In this document: one piece after another, positions 63,801-64,000 of the stretch
Layout: every line of letters starts with the position of its first letter
Numbering within the stretch: position 1 is the stretch's first letter
Source: Cyanophora paradoxa CCMP329
Taxonomy: Eukaryota > Plantae > Glaucophyta
Direction: 5' to 3'
Length of the DNA stretch: 64,000 nucleotides
Assembly (NCBI GenBank): GCA_004431415.1
Contig: QPMI01000535.1
Coordinates: 124,001-188,000 of the forward strand
Notes under the pieces: generated by a model
Seen by the model: the letters and a program-made list of their open reading frames with translations, nothing else
Database searches by the model: none
What the model was told of the DNA's origin: nothing
Translations under genes and position numbers: made by a program

Positions 63801-64000
63801 GGGAGCCAGCGGCAGGCCGACGACGACGCGCCGGCCAGCGTCTCCGACGAGGCCAGCCGCCCCGCCGTTCTCGTGGCCGCGGCGGGGGCTGACCGGCGCT
63901 GGGGCGGGCGTGCGCAGGGCGGGAAGAAGCAGAAGCCGGAGTCGAAGAAGGGGGTCGGCTTCGCGGCGGCCGACGAGGTGGACGAGCCCCGCGCGAAGCT
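60812..64000 (+). CDS. CATSPER2: CatSper-family single-domain 6-TM cation channel, CATSPER2-like; 3' end outside the window
   Basis: N-terminal QLVRFKI..DRRLIRVR..PLGVWAAWVVDSKFF resembles animal CATSPER2 as I recall it (QLVRFSI..PLSLWAGWV). S2-S3 EIFLKWIDNFEKFWQSGWNIFDFLVT, S4 IRTFRVFRTFKVVTRFRNLKIIV, pore LTLFQMLTLDQWY, S6 YFMTWVWIGAFIFRNIFIGVM followed by a coiled coil. ATG at 60812 is inferred. Confidence 0.85.

Noticed and set aside
1-64000. CRISPR arrays, rRNA or tRNA genes
   Set aside because: No repeat-spacer array or recognisable structural RNA seen by eye; the repeats present are tandem coding duplications or minisatellites. tRNAscan-SE or Infernal would be needed to exclude small RNAs.

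Overview
Eukaryotic, very GC-rich DNA with many short (~50-80 bp) spliceosomal introns, many of them GC-AG. A non-animal flagellate is likely; a glaucophyte such as Cyanophora is a guess from the CatSper gene plus composition and is not shown by the sequence. Left to right: (1) the 3' part of a multi-pass membrane protein gene (+, to 5919); (2) an AT-rich degenerate island; (3) a ~22 kb gene (-) for a Cys-rich surface protein with GCC2/GCC3-type repeats, a 4 x 1.08 kb internal tandem array and a C-terminal membrane module; (4) inside one exon of that gene, a 4.6 kb 5'-truncated LINE with a perfect 17-bp TSD and an A8 tail, carrying a Ulp1/SUMO-protease domain upstream of the CCHC finger; (5) a palindrome-rich intergenic region holding a TA-flanked MITE and a non-autonomous hAT element; (6) REV3 (DNA polymerase zeta), which unexpectedly contains a BAH domain; (7) an ankyrin gene whose ATG is only 49 bp from the REV3 ATG; (8) a very large Ala/Lys-rich protein with three in-frame 1853-bp repeats of basic, LEA-like and acidic blocks; (9) a CATSPER2-like channel gene running off the right end. 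Most long ORFs in the supplied track are GC-driven shadow frames. Exon boundaries were read by eye and are approximate unless stated.
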